From a virus (taxonomy: Duplodnaviria; Heunggongvirae; Uroviricota; Caudoviricetes), in IMG/VR virus record IMGVR_UViG_3300042923_000186, positions 1 through 64,000 of that record: DNA of 64,000 bases. One strand, given 5' to 3'. The translations under genes were made by a program, and so were the position numbers. Below the pieces are notes generated by a model. It was not told the origin of the DNA, did not search any database, and saw nothing but the letters and a program-made list of their open reading frames with translations. Positions 1 through 8,835 of the stretch are shown here, one piece after another; position 1 is the stretch's first letter, and every line of letters begins with the position of its first letter.

Positions 1-185
1 TTTCAGAATCTACGCTATCCGCGTGGACGTACATAAAGCGAACAGCAGCGGCCACGACCGACGGAACTCGCCCACCTGTGCCAAATACCATCTCTCCGCC
101 TGCATCGTTTGCGACTAGATCACAGGTTCCGCACGCGACGGTATCCGTTGCACGTTCCCACTCAAATTTTGCCAGTAACAGCATA
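1..185 (-). CDS. hypothetical protein (N-terminal fragment, ORF continues beyond window start)
   Basis: Open frame on the minus strand from an ATG at about 183-185 down to position 1 without a stop (MLLLAKFEWERATDTVACGT...). A GAGGTGA RBS sits 4 nt upstream. Absent from the ORF track because it is truncated. Confidence 0.3.
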
Positions 186-233
186 CATCACCTCGTCTAG
201 TAAGAGGGACCGAAGCGGCCCCCGATGAACACC

Positions 234-243
234 ACTATAGCAC
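234..243 (-). promoter_or_regulatory. extended -10 promoter (TGcTATAGT) for the leftward partial gene
   Basis: Minus strand reads gtgTGcTATAGTggtg with no clear -35. A TAG-rich tagctagttag segment lies upstream. Confidence 0.3.
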
Positions 244-469
244 ACCTTATCTAACTAGCTAGCGCAAATTTCTGCGCACAATTGAAAGAATTCTATTGCC
301 CTTTCGGTTTTATTCATATAGGGTGCATCAATGGCCGTAAATCGGCTGGAGGCTTGTCACGTCCATACAGTGACTCTTATCACTCTGACAACAGAAAGTG
401 AGGCTGCTGCATTACCTAAAAGAAACTTTGTCGCATTAATACAACGAAAACAGGGGATTTAGGCCAGAT

Positions 470-625
470 TGTTACTGCTGAGTAACATTGTCTGTAGGCA
501 TCTTTCACCCTAGCAATATTGCACACAAGAATGTTGCAGCCTAGTAACATTCCATCCGGGAAAGTTTCGCCCAAGCAACTACCGGGCGGCTCCGGGCGGG
601 ATTATCGGAGATGGGCGGCGTCGTC
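470..625. repeat. cluster of short repeats in the non-coding control region
   Basis: Inverted repeat TGTTACT-gctg-AGTAACA. Two direct copies of (A)GTAACATT plus an inverted AATGTTG. Palindrome CAATATTG. Three GGGCGG copies within about 40 bp. Confidence 0.35.
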
Positions 626-757
626 TCCTAAAAGGCTTCAAAATATTCGGGACAGATTCTAGAAATTGAAAATCCATTTCCGATTTTGAACTGACCGATT
701 CCGGCTAGTCTCCTGCCAAGCAAACCCGTTACAACAAACCAGAAAGTCTCATGACTT

Positions 758-778
758 CCCGCCCCGAGCGGGCTTTTT
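758..778 (+). terminator. rho-independent terminator-like hairpin
   Basis: cccgc-cccga-gcggg stem-loop followed by TTTTT. Confidence 0.4.
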
Positions 779-819
779 CACGTCTGAACGGTTCGCTACC
801 TAGCAGCCAATGAGACAAC

Positions 820-848
820 TTGACAGACCTAGCTAGCTATGGTACAAT
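820..848 (+). promoter_or_regulatory. sigma70-like promoter P1 (TTGACA-17-TACAAT)
   Basis: Consensus -35 and -10 hexamers with 17-nt spacer gacctagctagctatgg. First gene starts about 90 nt downstream. Confidence 0.6.
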
Positions 849-938
849 ACTGCTTACCGGCCTTGCCGGTTTCCTTGCGCAAGGATGTAGATAATTTAAC
901 CAGCCATCTCTTGATGGAGCACACAATAAGGATAAGAA

Positions 939-2522
939 ATGCCAGAAGACAAGATTCAAGAAATGACGGTAGTACCGGTAAATGAGCGTGGCGAGTGGGT
1001 GTTCGAGCCCGGCACAGGCACTAGCAACGTAGTTGGCTACTTGCCTAGCGGCTTCTATCCAGCCAGCACTGGGTCAGGTAGGATTCCTGCCGTGGGAGTG
1101 GGAGGCAATTTTCAGTTTGAATACCCTGTTAAGCTAGCTACGTGGGGCGACTCTCTGACGGATACGTCGGACGTAGCTGTGCAGGATTTGACTGTAGCCA
1201 CAAAAGCTGTTTTCGATGGTAAAGTGCTTCGCCGTGATCGCCTAGCATCGGCTCTGCTGTTCCACTCGGGCGGACGAGTCATTCCCGTTGCAAATTGCGG
1301 TTTGGGGGGAACAACCTCATCGGGAAGCGTCACTTCGGTTATTAACCGTGACCTAAATGCTGCTGACGTTAATCGACGTGGGGCGCAAGATGCTGCGAAC
1401 ACGGGAGCCGAAGTCTGTGTTATTTCGCTCGGACGTAACAACATTTTGCAGGGCGTCACTGCAAGTACCACTGCTGCGGCCCAACAGACAATTCTCAACA
1501 CAATTTATGCTGACGTTATCACAGCAGTAAAGCGCGCCCAAGCTCTGGGAATGTATCCGGTTCTCCGTGAGTTTGGCGGGTACGGCTATGAGGACAGCAA
1601 TGTCAACTATGCAAAAAACAGCGGGTTGACTCCCGCCGATGTGGCTGTGCAACAATCCGTCATCAATCGTGCAGCAGAACACATTATCAAAAATATCATT
1701 CCTACTCTGGGCGAAATGAAGGTGTTGTCCATTCGTGAGGGTATGGTTGATGCGAATGGTGCTTGGCTTCCTCAGTACACGACAGACGGCCTGCATGAGA
1801 ACTATAACGGTGTTCGTGTCATTGCAAAACGACTAATTGCTCTGATCGCATCCATGACACGCCCTCTACCTGATATGCTGTTCGCCCCTCTGCCAGCAGG
1901 CTCCGGTAAGACTAATGGCTTTGCCAACCCTGCTATGTTGCCTCCTTTGACAAACGGTGCAATTGCGGGAATGAACGCGTATGTAGATACTACTAACGGA
2001 AATAGTGCAACAGTCGTAGGGAATGGCGTAGTAATTGATGCTGATGGACGCTCGTGGCAAGAATTCATTGTTACACCTAGTGGATTTGTTGCAGGAGCAA
2101 AAAACCTTGCACCTAACGGATTGTCGAACGCAAACTTCTATGTCCGATCCGCTGTGGGCGGTGCTACCCCGGTCCTTCCTCTGGCTGTCGGAGATGTGTT
2201 CCGCCAAGAGTTTGATATCATCATTGACAACGGAGCAGGTGGTCCACCTCCTATCCTCTGCTGGGGTGCAAACGCTTATCTGGCATATAGCTCTGGGCAA
2301 ACCTTCCAGCACAAGCCTATCTCATATGGTACGACCAACAATGACCTTGTGGTGCCAGACGAAGTGATTAAGGGTAAAGTAATCACCCTGCCTATCGTGT
2401 CCCCCGCAGCTAGTGCAGACATTACAAACTGCTACATTTCCATCCTCGTGTACTCGGGTACTACAACGCCATATCGTATCCGTATTGGCGCACCGCGTAC
2501 TGTGAAGTACAATCCTCTGTAA
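939..2522 (+). CDS. SGNH/GDSL-family hydrolase domain protein with long C-terminal extension
   Basis: ATWGDSLTD block I (GDSL serine) and DGLHEN block V (DxxH) are visible in the translation. RBS aagga upstream. About 240-aa C-terminal Gly/Thr-rich extension. Confidence 0.55.
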   Translation: MPEDKIQEMTVVPVNERGEWVFEPGTGTSNVVGYLPSGFYPASTGSGRIPAVGVGGNFQFEYPVKLATWGDSLTDTSDVAVQDLTVATKAVFDGKVLRRDRLASALLFHSGGRVIPVANCGLGGTTSSGSVTSVINRDLNAADVNRRGAQDAANTGAEVCVISLGRNNILQGVTASTTAAAQQTILNTIYADVITAVKRAQALGMYPVLREFGGYGYEDSNVNYAKNSGLTPADVAVQQSVINRAAEHIIKNIIPTLGEMKVLSIREGMVDANGAWLPQYTTDGLHENYNGVRVIAKRLIALIASMTRPLPDMLFAPLPAGSGKTNGFANPAMLPPLTNGAIAGMNAYVDTTNGNSATVVGNGVVIDADGRSWQEFIVTPSGFVAGAKNLAPNGLSNANFYVRSAVGGATPVLPLAVGDVFRQEFDIIIDNGAGGPPPILCWGANAYLAYSSGQTFQHKPISYGTTNNDLVVPDEVIKGKVITLPIVSPAASADITNCYISILVYSGTTTPYRIRIGAPRTVKYNPL

Positions 2523-2540
2523 TAGAACGTCTGTGACCAA

Positions 2541-2571
2541 AGCCCCTACGCGAGAGCGTAGGGGCTTTTTC
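2541..2571 (+). terminator. rho-independent terminator
   Basis: 10-bp perfect stem gcccctacgc/gcgtaggggc with gaga loop followed by TTTTT. Confidence 0.8.
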
Positions 2572-2592
2572 TTTGCTTGTTACAAAAGTAGC

Positions 2593-2621
2593 TTGACAAG
2601 TAGGTAGTTAGCGGCTACTAT
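2593..2621 (+). promoter_or_regulatory. sigma70-like promoter P2 (TTGACA-17-TACTAT)
   Basis: Spacer agtaggtagttagcggc, a member of the TAG-rich spacer family. Confidence 0.55.
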
Positions 2622-2651
2622 GCTCCCTGTCACCAACGAAAAGGAGGAAAT

Positions 2652-2969
2652 ATGAACACTATCAAGGAAGCACTGGAAGGCGCTAAGAAGTACCTGTGGG
2701 ACGGCGTTGGCGAGGAGGAAGATAAGTCGGAGTATATCTGCCACGCAGCAGCGTTCTCGGTCGCCGCTAGCCAAGGACTGTCGGACCTGCATGAAGGGTT
2801 GCACCTTTCGCTATCGAGAAATGTGGAGCGACACGTAGAAGCTAAGTTAGAAGGGAATTGCACCGCTGTAGGGCTAGCGTCAGACAGGGGCGTCAACGTA
2901 GCTGATGACGAAGCACTCCAAGCATTCCGTCTGGCCTTCATTGACGAACTCATCGCGGGGCTGGAATGA
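2652..2969 (+). CDS. hypothetical protein
   Basis: Strong RBS aaaggaggaaat before the ATG. Packed into an operon with overlapping stop/start codons. Confidence 0.55.
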   Translation: MNTIKEALEGAKKYLWDGVGEEEDKSEYICHAAAFSVAASQGLSDLHEGLHLSLSRNVERHVEAKLEGNCTAVGLASDRGVNVADDEALQAFRLAFIDELIAGLE

Positions 2970-3316
2970 GTCTGGACGTTAAGGTAGGCGACAAGGTGTT
3001 TGTCGTCAAGAAGGTCTACCGTTCCGGTGCTAAACCTGAGACACGCTACGAAGAGGTAACGAAGGTTGGACGGAAATACTTCTTCACCGGCTCAGGTCAC
3101 TATCCGACTAAATTCTCACTGGAAGACGGACACGAGGCCGGAGAGGGTAACTACAAGGATCGTGCCTACCAAGATGAATCTGTCTATCATAGGCACTTGC
3201 GGCGTGATGTGCTTACACGAGAGATAAGCAGCCGGGTGCGAAATTGGACTTGGAATGAGTCCGTACCCACCGAAAAGCTTGAAATTATCTACCAAATTCT
3301 GAAGGAGCACGAATGA
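2966..3316 (+). CDS. hypothetical protein (N-terminal VKVGDKVFVV SH3/KOW-like motif)
   Basis: ATGA stop/start overlap with the upstream gene. Shares its N-terminal motif with the ORFs at 5040 and 26249. Confidence 0.55.
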   Translation: MSLDVKVGDKVFVVKKVYRSGAKPETRYEEVTKVGRKYFFTGSGHYPTKFSLEDGHEAGEGNYKDRAYQDESVYHRHLRRDVLTREISSRVRNWTWNESVPTEKLEIIYQILKEHE

Positions 3317-3609
3317 GCTACGAACGTCAATTCCATGTCGGAAAGACCTACCTGACGCAAGAGGGCAAGCGCGTCAAGATCATCGCGGAAAGCACGGTTC
3401 CGGGCATGCGGGGCGCTTGCGTTCAAGGCGACGACGGCGTAACCCGCGTAGAGGAACACTGGAAGCACAAAGGCATCTACGAGATTATCGAAGGTAGCAC
3501 GGCAGGATGGCGATACGACCGTGAAGGCGATGTGGGCCGGGTTACGGGCTCCCCGCATGATTTCTCTGATGTACGAAACCTAGTCGCAGGTAGCGAACAA
3601 CCTGAATAA
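3313..3609 (+). CDS. hypothetical protein
   Basis: Translationally coupled ATGA overlap with the upstream gene. Confidence 0.55.
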   Translation: MSYERQFHVGKTYLTQEGKRVKIIAESTVPGMRGACVQGDDGVTRVEEHWKHKGIYEIIEGSTAGWRYDREGDVGRVTGSPHDFSDVRNLVAGSEQPE

Positions 3610-3622
3610 TCAAGGAGAACCA

Positions 3623-4984
3623 ATGAACACTTTGTACGAAATCATCAAGAGCCTGCAATCGGCTCAGGGCAACATTGCCAAGCAAGCCATTCTCGACGCC
3701 AACAAGGACAACAAGCTGTTCAAGGCGTTTATGAGGGCTACCTACGACGTAGGTATTAACTATTACCAGAAAAAGGCTCCGAAGCCCACTAAGCAAGGCG
3801 ACGCCGAGTTTGGCGGGTTCCAATTGGCGATCCTACAGTGTGCGCTTGCTGAACGGGGGGCTACGGGTAAAGACGCCAAACTTAATCTTCAAGAGGTCAT
3901 GGACCAATCGACACCAGAAGCGCAAGAATTGGTTAGCCTCATCATCGACCGTTCCATCGGTGCGAATGTGGGTGACACTATGGTGCTGAAGACGTGGCCT
4001 GATCTGTATTTCCTGCCACCGTACCAGCGTTGCTCCCTGATGGACGAGAAGGCACAGGAGCGCTTCAGCAAGCTTCCCGAGTTCTACGTACAGACCAAGG
4101 CTGACGGTTCGTTCGCATACGTTGTGAAGCGTCTGGATGGCTCTGTGGACGTGATTACGCGGCAGGGATCGAAGTACCCGCAATGGTTCGCTGAACAGAT
4201 GGCTGATGGGCTGGAGCCGGGCAAGGTACTGGTGGGCGAACTGCTGGTATATGTGTCTGTGCCTCGCGGTGGAAGCAGTGGGCCTAAGTTGCTGGACCGT
4301 AAAACCGGCAACGGCCTGCTGAATTCCGTCTTGAAGAATGGAGAACTGGAAGAAGAGTACAACGTTGAGATGCAAGCATGGGACATGTTGACGCAAGAGG
4401 AATTCGAAGCCGGTTCGTCGGATCGCCCATACCGGCAGCGTTTGGAAGACTTCAAGATTTCCGGCTACACGTCGCTAGCACCTCACGTTTCGATTATCCC
4501 GACGTGGACCGTGAAGACTCTCAAGGAGGCTGACGCTATCTACCGCGAGCACTTAAAACGCGGGCTGGAAGGCTGCATTGCCAAGAACCCTGACGCTCTG
4601 TGGAAAGACGGCACGAGCAAGGACATGGTGAAGATGAAGCTGAAGTTCGAAGTGGAGATGCGTTGTACTGACGTCTACGAGGGCACTGGCAAGGCCAAGG
4701 GCATGTTGGGCGGGATCAACATGGAGTCGGAAGACGGCCTGCTGGAGAACGACTGCGGCTCCGGCTTCTCGGATGACCAGCGAAAGCATTTCTGGGCACA
4801 CCCGGAGGAAATCATCGGTCACGTCATCGCCACGGAGGCTAACGACATCACGCAGGACCGTGACACACGGAAGAAGCCTAGCCTAAGCCTGCCGATCTTC
4901 GTAGAAGTGCGGAACGACAAGACCAAGGCCGACACGTACGCTGAAATCGTGGCACAGCTTGAAGCAGCGAAATCTGGTGCTTGA
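3623..4984 (+). CDS. ATP-dependent DNA ligase
   Basis: Nucleotidyltransferase motif I TKADGSF (KxDG). Downstream EGCIAK (motif IV-like) and MVKMKLKF (motif V-like). RBS aaggagaacca. Confidence 0.7.
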   Translation: MNTLYEIIKSLQSAQGNIAKQAILDANKDNKLFKAFMRATYDVGINYYQKKAPKPTKQGDAEFGGFQLAILQCALAERGATGKDAKLNLQEVMDQSTPEAQELVSLIIDRSIGANVGDTMVLKTWPDLYFLPPYQRCSLMDEKAQERFSKLPEFYVQTKADGSFAYVVKRLDGSVDVITRQGSKYPQWFAEQMADGLEPGKVLVGELLVYVSVPRGGSSGPKLLDRKTGNGLLNSVLKNGELEEEYNVEMQAWDMLTQEEFEAGSSDRPYRQRLEDFKISGYTSLAPHVSIIPTWTVKTLKEADAIYREHLKRGLEGCIAKNPDALWKDGTSKDMVKMKLKFEVEMRCTDVYEGTGKAKGMLGGINMESEDGLLENDCGSGFSDDQRKHFWAHPEEIIGHVIATEANDITQDRDTRKKPSLSLPIFVEVRNDKTKADTYAEIVAQLEAAKSGA

Positions 4985-5009
4985 CAAGTAGCTAGATAGA
5001 TAGTAGACT
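4981..5009 (+). promoter_or_regulatory. sigma70-like promoter P3 (TTGACA-17-TAGACT)
   Basis: Spacer agtagctagatagatag. Confidence 0.45.
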
Positions 5010-5039
5010 GGCGTTTCATTAACTAAAGGAGAAAACAAC

Positions 5040-5897
5040 ATGGCAAATCAAACAAGCAACTTCCGCGTAGGAGATATGGTAAAGGTTGTAAATCAAGGTC
5101 AAAACTACACTACCTACCGGGCGTGGGCGTACAAGTACGGATTGAAGGACTATGCGTCTAGTAGCCTGCCAGACGGAGACACCGGTAGGGTTGTAGCAGT
5201 AGGTCCGCACGGAGATTCCTACTTCGATACGCTGGTTGGAGTCGAAGCCGAAGATGGTAAGCAATATATCATCGGACACCGTGGTGTTGAGCTGGTAAAG
5301 CCTCGTGGCTTGCAAGTGGGCGATGTCGTAATCGTGGTCGATTACGGTTGGGGTGTTCATATCGAAGATATGGGCAAAGTTACGGTTATCACTAAAGTAC
5401 TGGATGAAACCAGTGTAGCGTTTGCTACCGCAGGGTTCAGCGGAGACCGTTATCTTAGCCCAAGCGACACCGCCTACGTGAAATCGTTCGAACGCATCGA
5501 TGTCAAGCCGCTCGACTTCACGAAGCCTATGGAGACGTACGAAGGTACGCCGGTTAAGCTGCTGGCAACGGGCGGCGTCGATGCCAAGTTCCCGGTTCTG
5601 GTGTTGGAAGGCTCTGCTACGATTCCTACCAAGTACGACCTGAACGGCAAGGCCAAGAATGGCGTGGTTCGTCGCTTCATCCGTAACGTCGCAGAGAAAC
5701 CAAAGGCTAAGGCTGAGCCTCGGCAGAAGAAAGAGGTAAGCATGTACATGAACTTCTATTCTGACGGCACCTACGGCTTACTTCAAGAAAGCCGAGAGGA
5801 AGCAGACAGGGTTGCTGTACGCGGATCGCACGTATCCAAGCGCAAGCGGATCGGCGTAAGCAAGGTAGTGCTGCTAGCTGGTAAATTTGACGAATAA
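5040..5897 (+). CDS. hypothetical protein with two internal SH3/KOW-like repeats (RVGDMVKVV / QVGDVVIVV)
   Basis: RBS aaggagaaaacaac. Internal tandem motif repeat. Basic C-terminal tail. Confidence 0.55.
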   Translation: MANQTSNFRVGDMVKVVNQGQNYTTYRAWAYKYGLKDYASSSLPDGDTGRVVAVGPHGDSYFDTLVGVEAEDGKQYIIGHRGVELVKPRGLQVGDVVIVVDYGWGVHIEDMGKVTVITKVLDETSVAFATAGFSGDRYLSPSDTAYVKSFERIDVKPLDFTKPMETYEGTPVKLLATGGVDAKFPVLVLEGSATIPTKYDLNGKAKNGVVRRFIRNVAEKPKAKAEPRQKKEVSMYMNFYSDGTYGLLQESREEADRVAVRGSHVSKRKRIGVSKVVLLAGKFDE

Positions 5898-5903
5898 ACT
5901 AGC

Positions 5904-5933
5904 TTGACATGTAGCTAGGTAGTGTGCTATTAT
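5904..5933 (+). promoter_or_regulatory. sigma70-like promoter P4 (TTGACA-18-TATTAT)
   Basis: Spacer tgtagctaggtagtgtgc. Confidence 0.5.
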
Positions 5934-5974
5934 CGCTACCTAGCTGACAAACACCACTGAACAAGGAGAACAAA

Positions 5975-6346
5975 ATGAGCAACGATCTTATCCCACTACC
6001 TACACCGTTTACACGGTTCATGGACATGTGTAGTGGTGGAAGTTCCAAGACAGATTACGACTACATCTACATCCAAGCGCCGTACGATGAGGCACTGAAG
6101 ATTTTCGAAGAACGGTTTGATCACGACCCTATGAATACTACGTGTGGCTGCTGCGGGCCAGACTTCAGCATTGAAGAGTCTCCGACGTTAGAAGAGGCTA
6201 CCGGATATGAACGCGGCTGTACGTGGTCAAACGGTAGCTACATTGATGAGCCGGGAGGCCGTCATGGCAAGAAGTACCTTACGCTCGAAGAGTACGTAGC
6301 GAGTGACACCGTACTGGTGATCTACGCCAACGGCGTCGAACAGTAA
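5975..6346 (+). CDS. hypothetical protein
   Basis: RBS aaggagaacaaa. Contains CGCCGPDF. Confidence 0.5.
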   Translation: MSNDLIPLPTPFTRFMDMCSGGSSKTDYDYIYIQAPYDEALKIFEERFDHDPMNTTCGCCGPDFSIEESPTLEEATGYERGCTWSNGSYIDEPGGRHGKKYLTLEEYVASDTVLVIYANGVEQ

Positions 6347-6366
6347 CCAACCAACAAGGAGAACAA

Positions 6367-7509
6367 ATGGCACGCAAACTCGCATCCATCCAACGTATCA
6401 AAGCACTGACCCCGATTCCCGGTGCTGACCGTATCGAAACCGCCACCGTACAAGGCTGGCAAGTAGTAGTGAAGAAGGGCGAATACGCTGTAGGCGACCT
6501 CGTTATCTACGTGGAAATTGACGCGTGGGTACCTAACAAGGTAGCTCCGTTCCTTACTGGCGAAGGTAAGGAGCCGAAGGAATACAACGGCGTCAAGGGC
6601 GAGCGCCTGAAGACTATCAAGCTGCGCAAGCAAATTAGCCAAGGTCTGGTGTTGCCATGTAACGTGCTGGCACCTACGTACGACGAAGGCACTGACGTTA
6701 CCGAAGCTCTGGGCATCCAGAAGTGGGAAGCTGCGGAAGAGCGTCAGTCTAACAACGGTACGTACGCTCAAGCTGCAAAGACCCGTGCGTTCCCATTCTT
6801 CCTGCGGAAGACTGACCAAGAGCGCATCCAGAACTACGCTCATCTGATCGAAAAGGAACTGGACACGGAGTTCGAAGTGACGGTGAAGAAGGACGGTAGC
6901 TCCTGCACGGTGTTCCGTGTTGACCCGTCGTCCGAATACTACGCAGACGCCAAGAAGATGCTGGAAGGTAAGCCGTCGCTGTGGCAACGCCTGAAACAGT
7001 TCGTCCTGCGTGAGAAGGCCCAGCCAGTGTTCGGCATTTGCTCGCGGAACGTTCTGCTGAAGCTGGAGGGTGATAGCAACTTCCACAAGGCTACACGCGG
7101 CGTACTGGCAGCGCTGGACGATGAGCGTATCGACAACGGAAGCTGGGCTGTCCAAGGCGAGGTTGTTGCCCCGGATATTCAGGGCAATTACGAGAAGGTT
7201 AAAGACGTGGAGTTCCACATCTTTGACACTTTCAGTATCGACACTCAACGTTACTCAACGCCGCGTGCTCGTCAAGAATGGATCGCTGAGACTGGACTGA
7301 CCCACGCTACGGTAGTGGACAAAGGTACGCTTCGTAACATCATCCAGTACAAGGAAGGTGACGACATCGTAGCTAAGCTGCTTACGTACGCATCTGGCGA
7401 AGGCGACAACCCCGGCGTCCAACGTGAGGGCGTAGTGTTCAAGGCAATGGACAAAGACTTCAGCTTCAAAGCTGTGTCGAACGAATACCTGCTGGCTACC
7501 GGCAAGTAA
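6367..7509 (+). CDS. putative ATP-dependent RNA ligase (DraRnl/Rnl5-like: N-terminal OB tRNA-binding-like domain plus nucleotidyltransferase)
   Basis: N-terminus IKALTPIPGADRIETATVQGWQVVV resembles the Trbp111/OB fold. Motif I VKKDGSS (KxDG). REGVVFKAM is motif IV-like. Confidence 0.5.
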   Translation: MARKLASIQRIKALTPIPGADRIETATVQGWQVVVKKGEYAVGDLVIYVEIDAWVPNKVAPFLTGEGKEPKEYNGVKGERLKTIKLRKQISQGLVLPCNVLAPTYDEGTDVTEALGIQKWEAAEERQSNNGTYAQAAKTRAFPFFLRKTDQERIQNYAHLIEKELDTEFEVTVKKDGSSCTVFRVDPSSEYYADAKKMLEGKPSLWQRLKQFVLREKAQPVFGICSRNVLLKLEGDSNFHKATRGVLAALDDERIDNGSWAVQGEVVAPDIQGNYEKVKDVEFHIFDTFSIDTQRYSTPRARQEWIAETGLTHATVVDKGTLRNIIQYKEGDDIVAKLLTYASGEGDNPGVQREGVVFKAMDKDFSFKAVSNEYLLATGK

Positions 7510-7536
7510 TTAACTAACTAACAAGGAGAAACTAAC

Positions 7537-7815
7537 ATGGCAATCAAACCAAACGCACTGCTGGACACCATCCTGACCGAAAACGGCCTGAAGAACGACG
7601 CAGCACTGGGCCGAGTAATCGGCGTCCCGGCACCTGTACTGAGCAAGGTCCGTAATGGCATCCTGCCAGTAGGCGCAACGCTGATCATCCGTCTGCACGA
7701 GTCGTTCCCAATCGAAGTGAAGCGTATCAAGGAACTGGCCGGTATTCCAAGTTTGCAACGCTACGTAGCTCCAGAGCCAGAAGCTCAGCCAGAAGCCGAG
7801 GCTGCTACGGCTTGA
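7537..7815 (+). CDS. hypothetical protein (possible HTH)
   Basis: RBS aaggagaaactaac. Small basic protein. Confidence 0.45.
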   Translation: MAIKPNALLDTILTENGLKNDAALGRVIGVPAPVLSKVRNGILPVGATLIIRLHESFPIEVKRIKELAGIPSLQRYVAPEPEAQPEAEAATA

Positions 7816-8261
7816 TTAAAGGGCTCTCCAAGGCGTTGCTGGCTATCTTCCTAGCTGCCTACTGCCAAGCGCTCGCTGTGCCTTCTGAGGTCGTTTTAAA
7901 GCCTCTCAGGGCCACAGAGAAGCAGTGCAAGGCGTGGGTAGTGTGGGACGAGGCCAGAGGGGAGCCTAGCAAGGGAGCTAGGGCCGTACTAGATGCCGTC
8001 CTGACGAGGATGAAAAAACGTAACAAGACAGCGTGCGAGGTAGTGGCAGAGCCGAAGCAGTTTTCCGGCTACCGCCCCTTCATTACGTTCAAGATAGATG
8101 ACAAAATACTAGCTAACTACGAAGCTATCCGCAAACTACCGCCAGTTGTGGTAGGATGTGACTACTTCCACGCCGTGTACGTAAGTCCGAAGTGGGCACG
8201 AGGTATGCAGAAGTGTAAGCAAGTTGGTAATCACATATTTTTCAAGGAGAAAAGAAAATGA
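7812..8261 (+). CDS. secreted cell-wall hydrolase, SleB/Hydrolase_2-like
   Basis: N-terminal signal peptide. AVLDAVLTRMKKRNKTACEVVAEPKQFSGY matches the SleB-family core (NRV...CEVV..P.QFS). Confidence 0.5.
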   Translation: MIKGLSKALLAIFLAAYCQALAVPSEVVLKPLRATEKQCKAWVVWDEARGEPSKGARAVLDAVLTRMKKRNKTACEVVAEPKQFSGYRPFITFKIDDKILANYEAIRKLPPVVVGCDYFHAVYVSPKWARGMQKCKQVGNHIFFKEKRK

Positions 8262-8833
8262 CATTCAAAACGCCAGCAGAAGCAGCAGGACTGGTAGTGG
8301 GCCGTAAATACCGTATTAAAGAGTCAGCAATGCGGGGAAGTAAAAGTACACCTAATCTGGGTAAAATCGTGACGTTCGCCCGAGATGACGGTTCTACTCT
8401 TCCCTTTTTCACGCACATGCTCCCCGAAGATACGTGCTGCTGGGTAGACGGATTGGAGCCTGTCGAAGAGCCAGATGCTCGTCGTCCGTTCCTCAAGGGC
8501 GATGTCGTCAAGCTGAACGGTACTGGTGGAGCGACTGACGGTATTGATGCGGTCACAGCGTACACGCTAATAGAAGATGAATATAACGGCATTCTGCGTT
8601 TCATCGATAACACCGGCAACCGCCGTGCCCGTCAAGCCAAGCACTACGACCTCGTATCTCGCCCGGACGTAGCTAGCGTTACTACCCAGCCGATTACGCT
8701 GAAGGTGGACATCAGCATTCCAGCGGTGACCCTCTCCCGCGTAGGCGATACAGTCTCGCTGGAAATCGTCAGTAAGCTTACGAAGGCGCAGGTAGAAAGC
8801 ATTCTTAACATCGTATTCGATAACAAGGAGTAA
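8258..8833 (+). CDS. hypothetical protein
   Basis: ATGA stop/start overlap with upstream gene; no recognizable motif. Confidence 0.5.
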   Translation: MTFKTPAEAAGLVVGRKYRIKESAMRGSKSTPNLGKIVTFARDDGSTLPFFTHMLPEDTCCWVDGLEPVEEPDARRPFLKGDVVKLNGTGGATDGIDAVTAYTLIEDEYNGILRFIDNTGNRRARQAKHYDLVSRPDVASVTTQPITLKVDISIPAVTLSRVGDTVSLEIVSKLTKAQVESILNIVFDNKE

Positions 8834-8835
8834 AT

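Noticed and set aside
1112-2312. Several 88-148-aa minus-strand ORFs inside the SGNH hydrolase gene
   Set aside because: Shadow ORFs. The plus-strand frame has recognisable catalytic blocks and is bounded by promoter and terminator.
6322-7248. 308-aa ORF antisense to the RNA ligase gene; similar long antisense ORFs at 37292-38503 (NAMPT), 29268-29966 (nrdB), 9828-10550 (thyX) and 39768-40466 (vWA)
   Set aside because: All lie opposite genes with clear motifs, RBSs and operon packing. None has an RBS or a recognisable domain.
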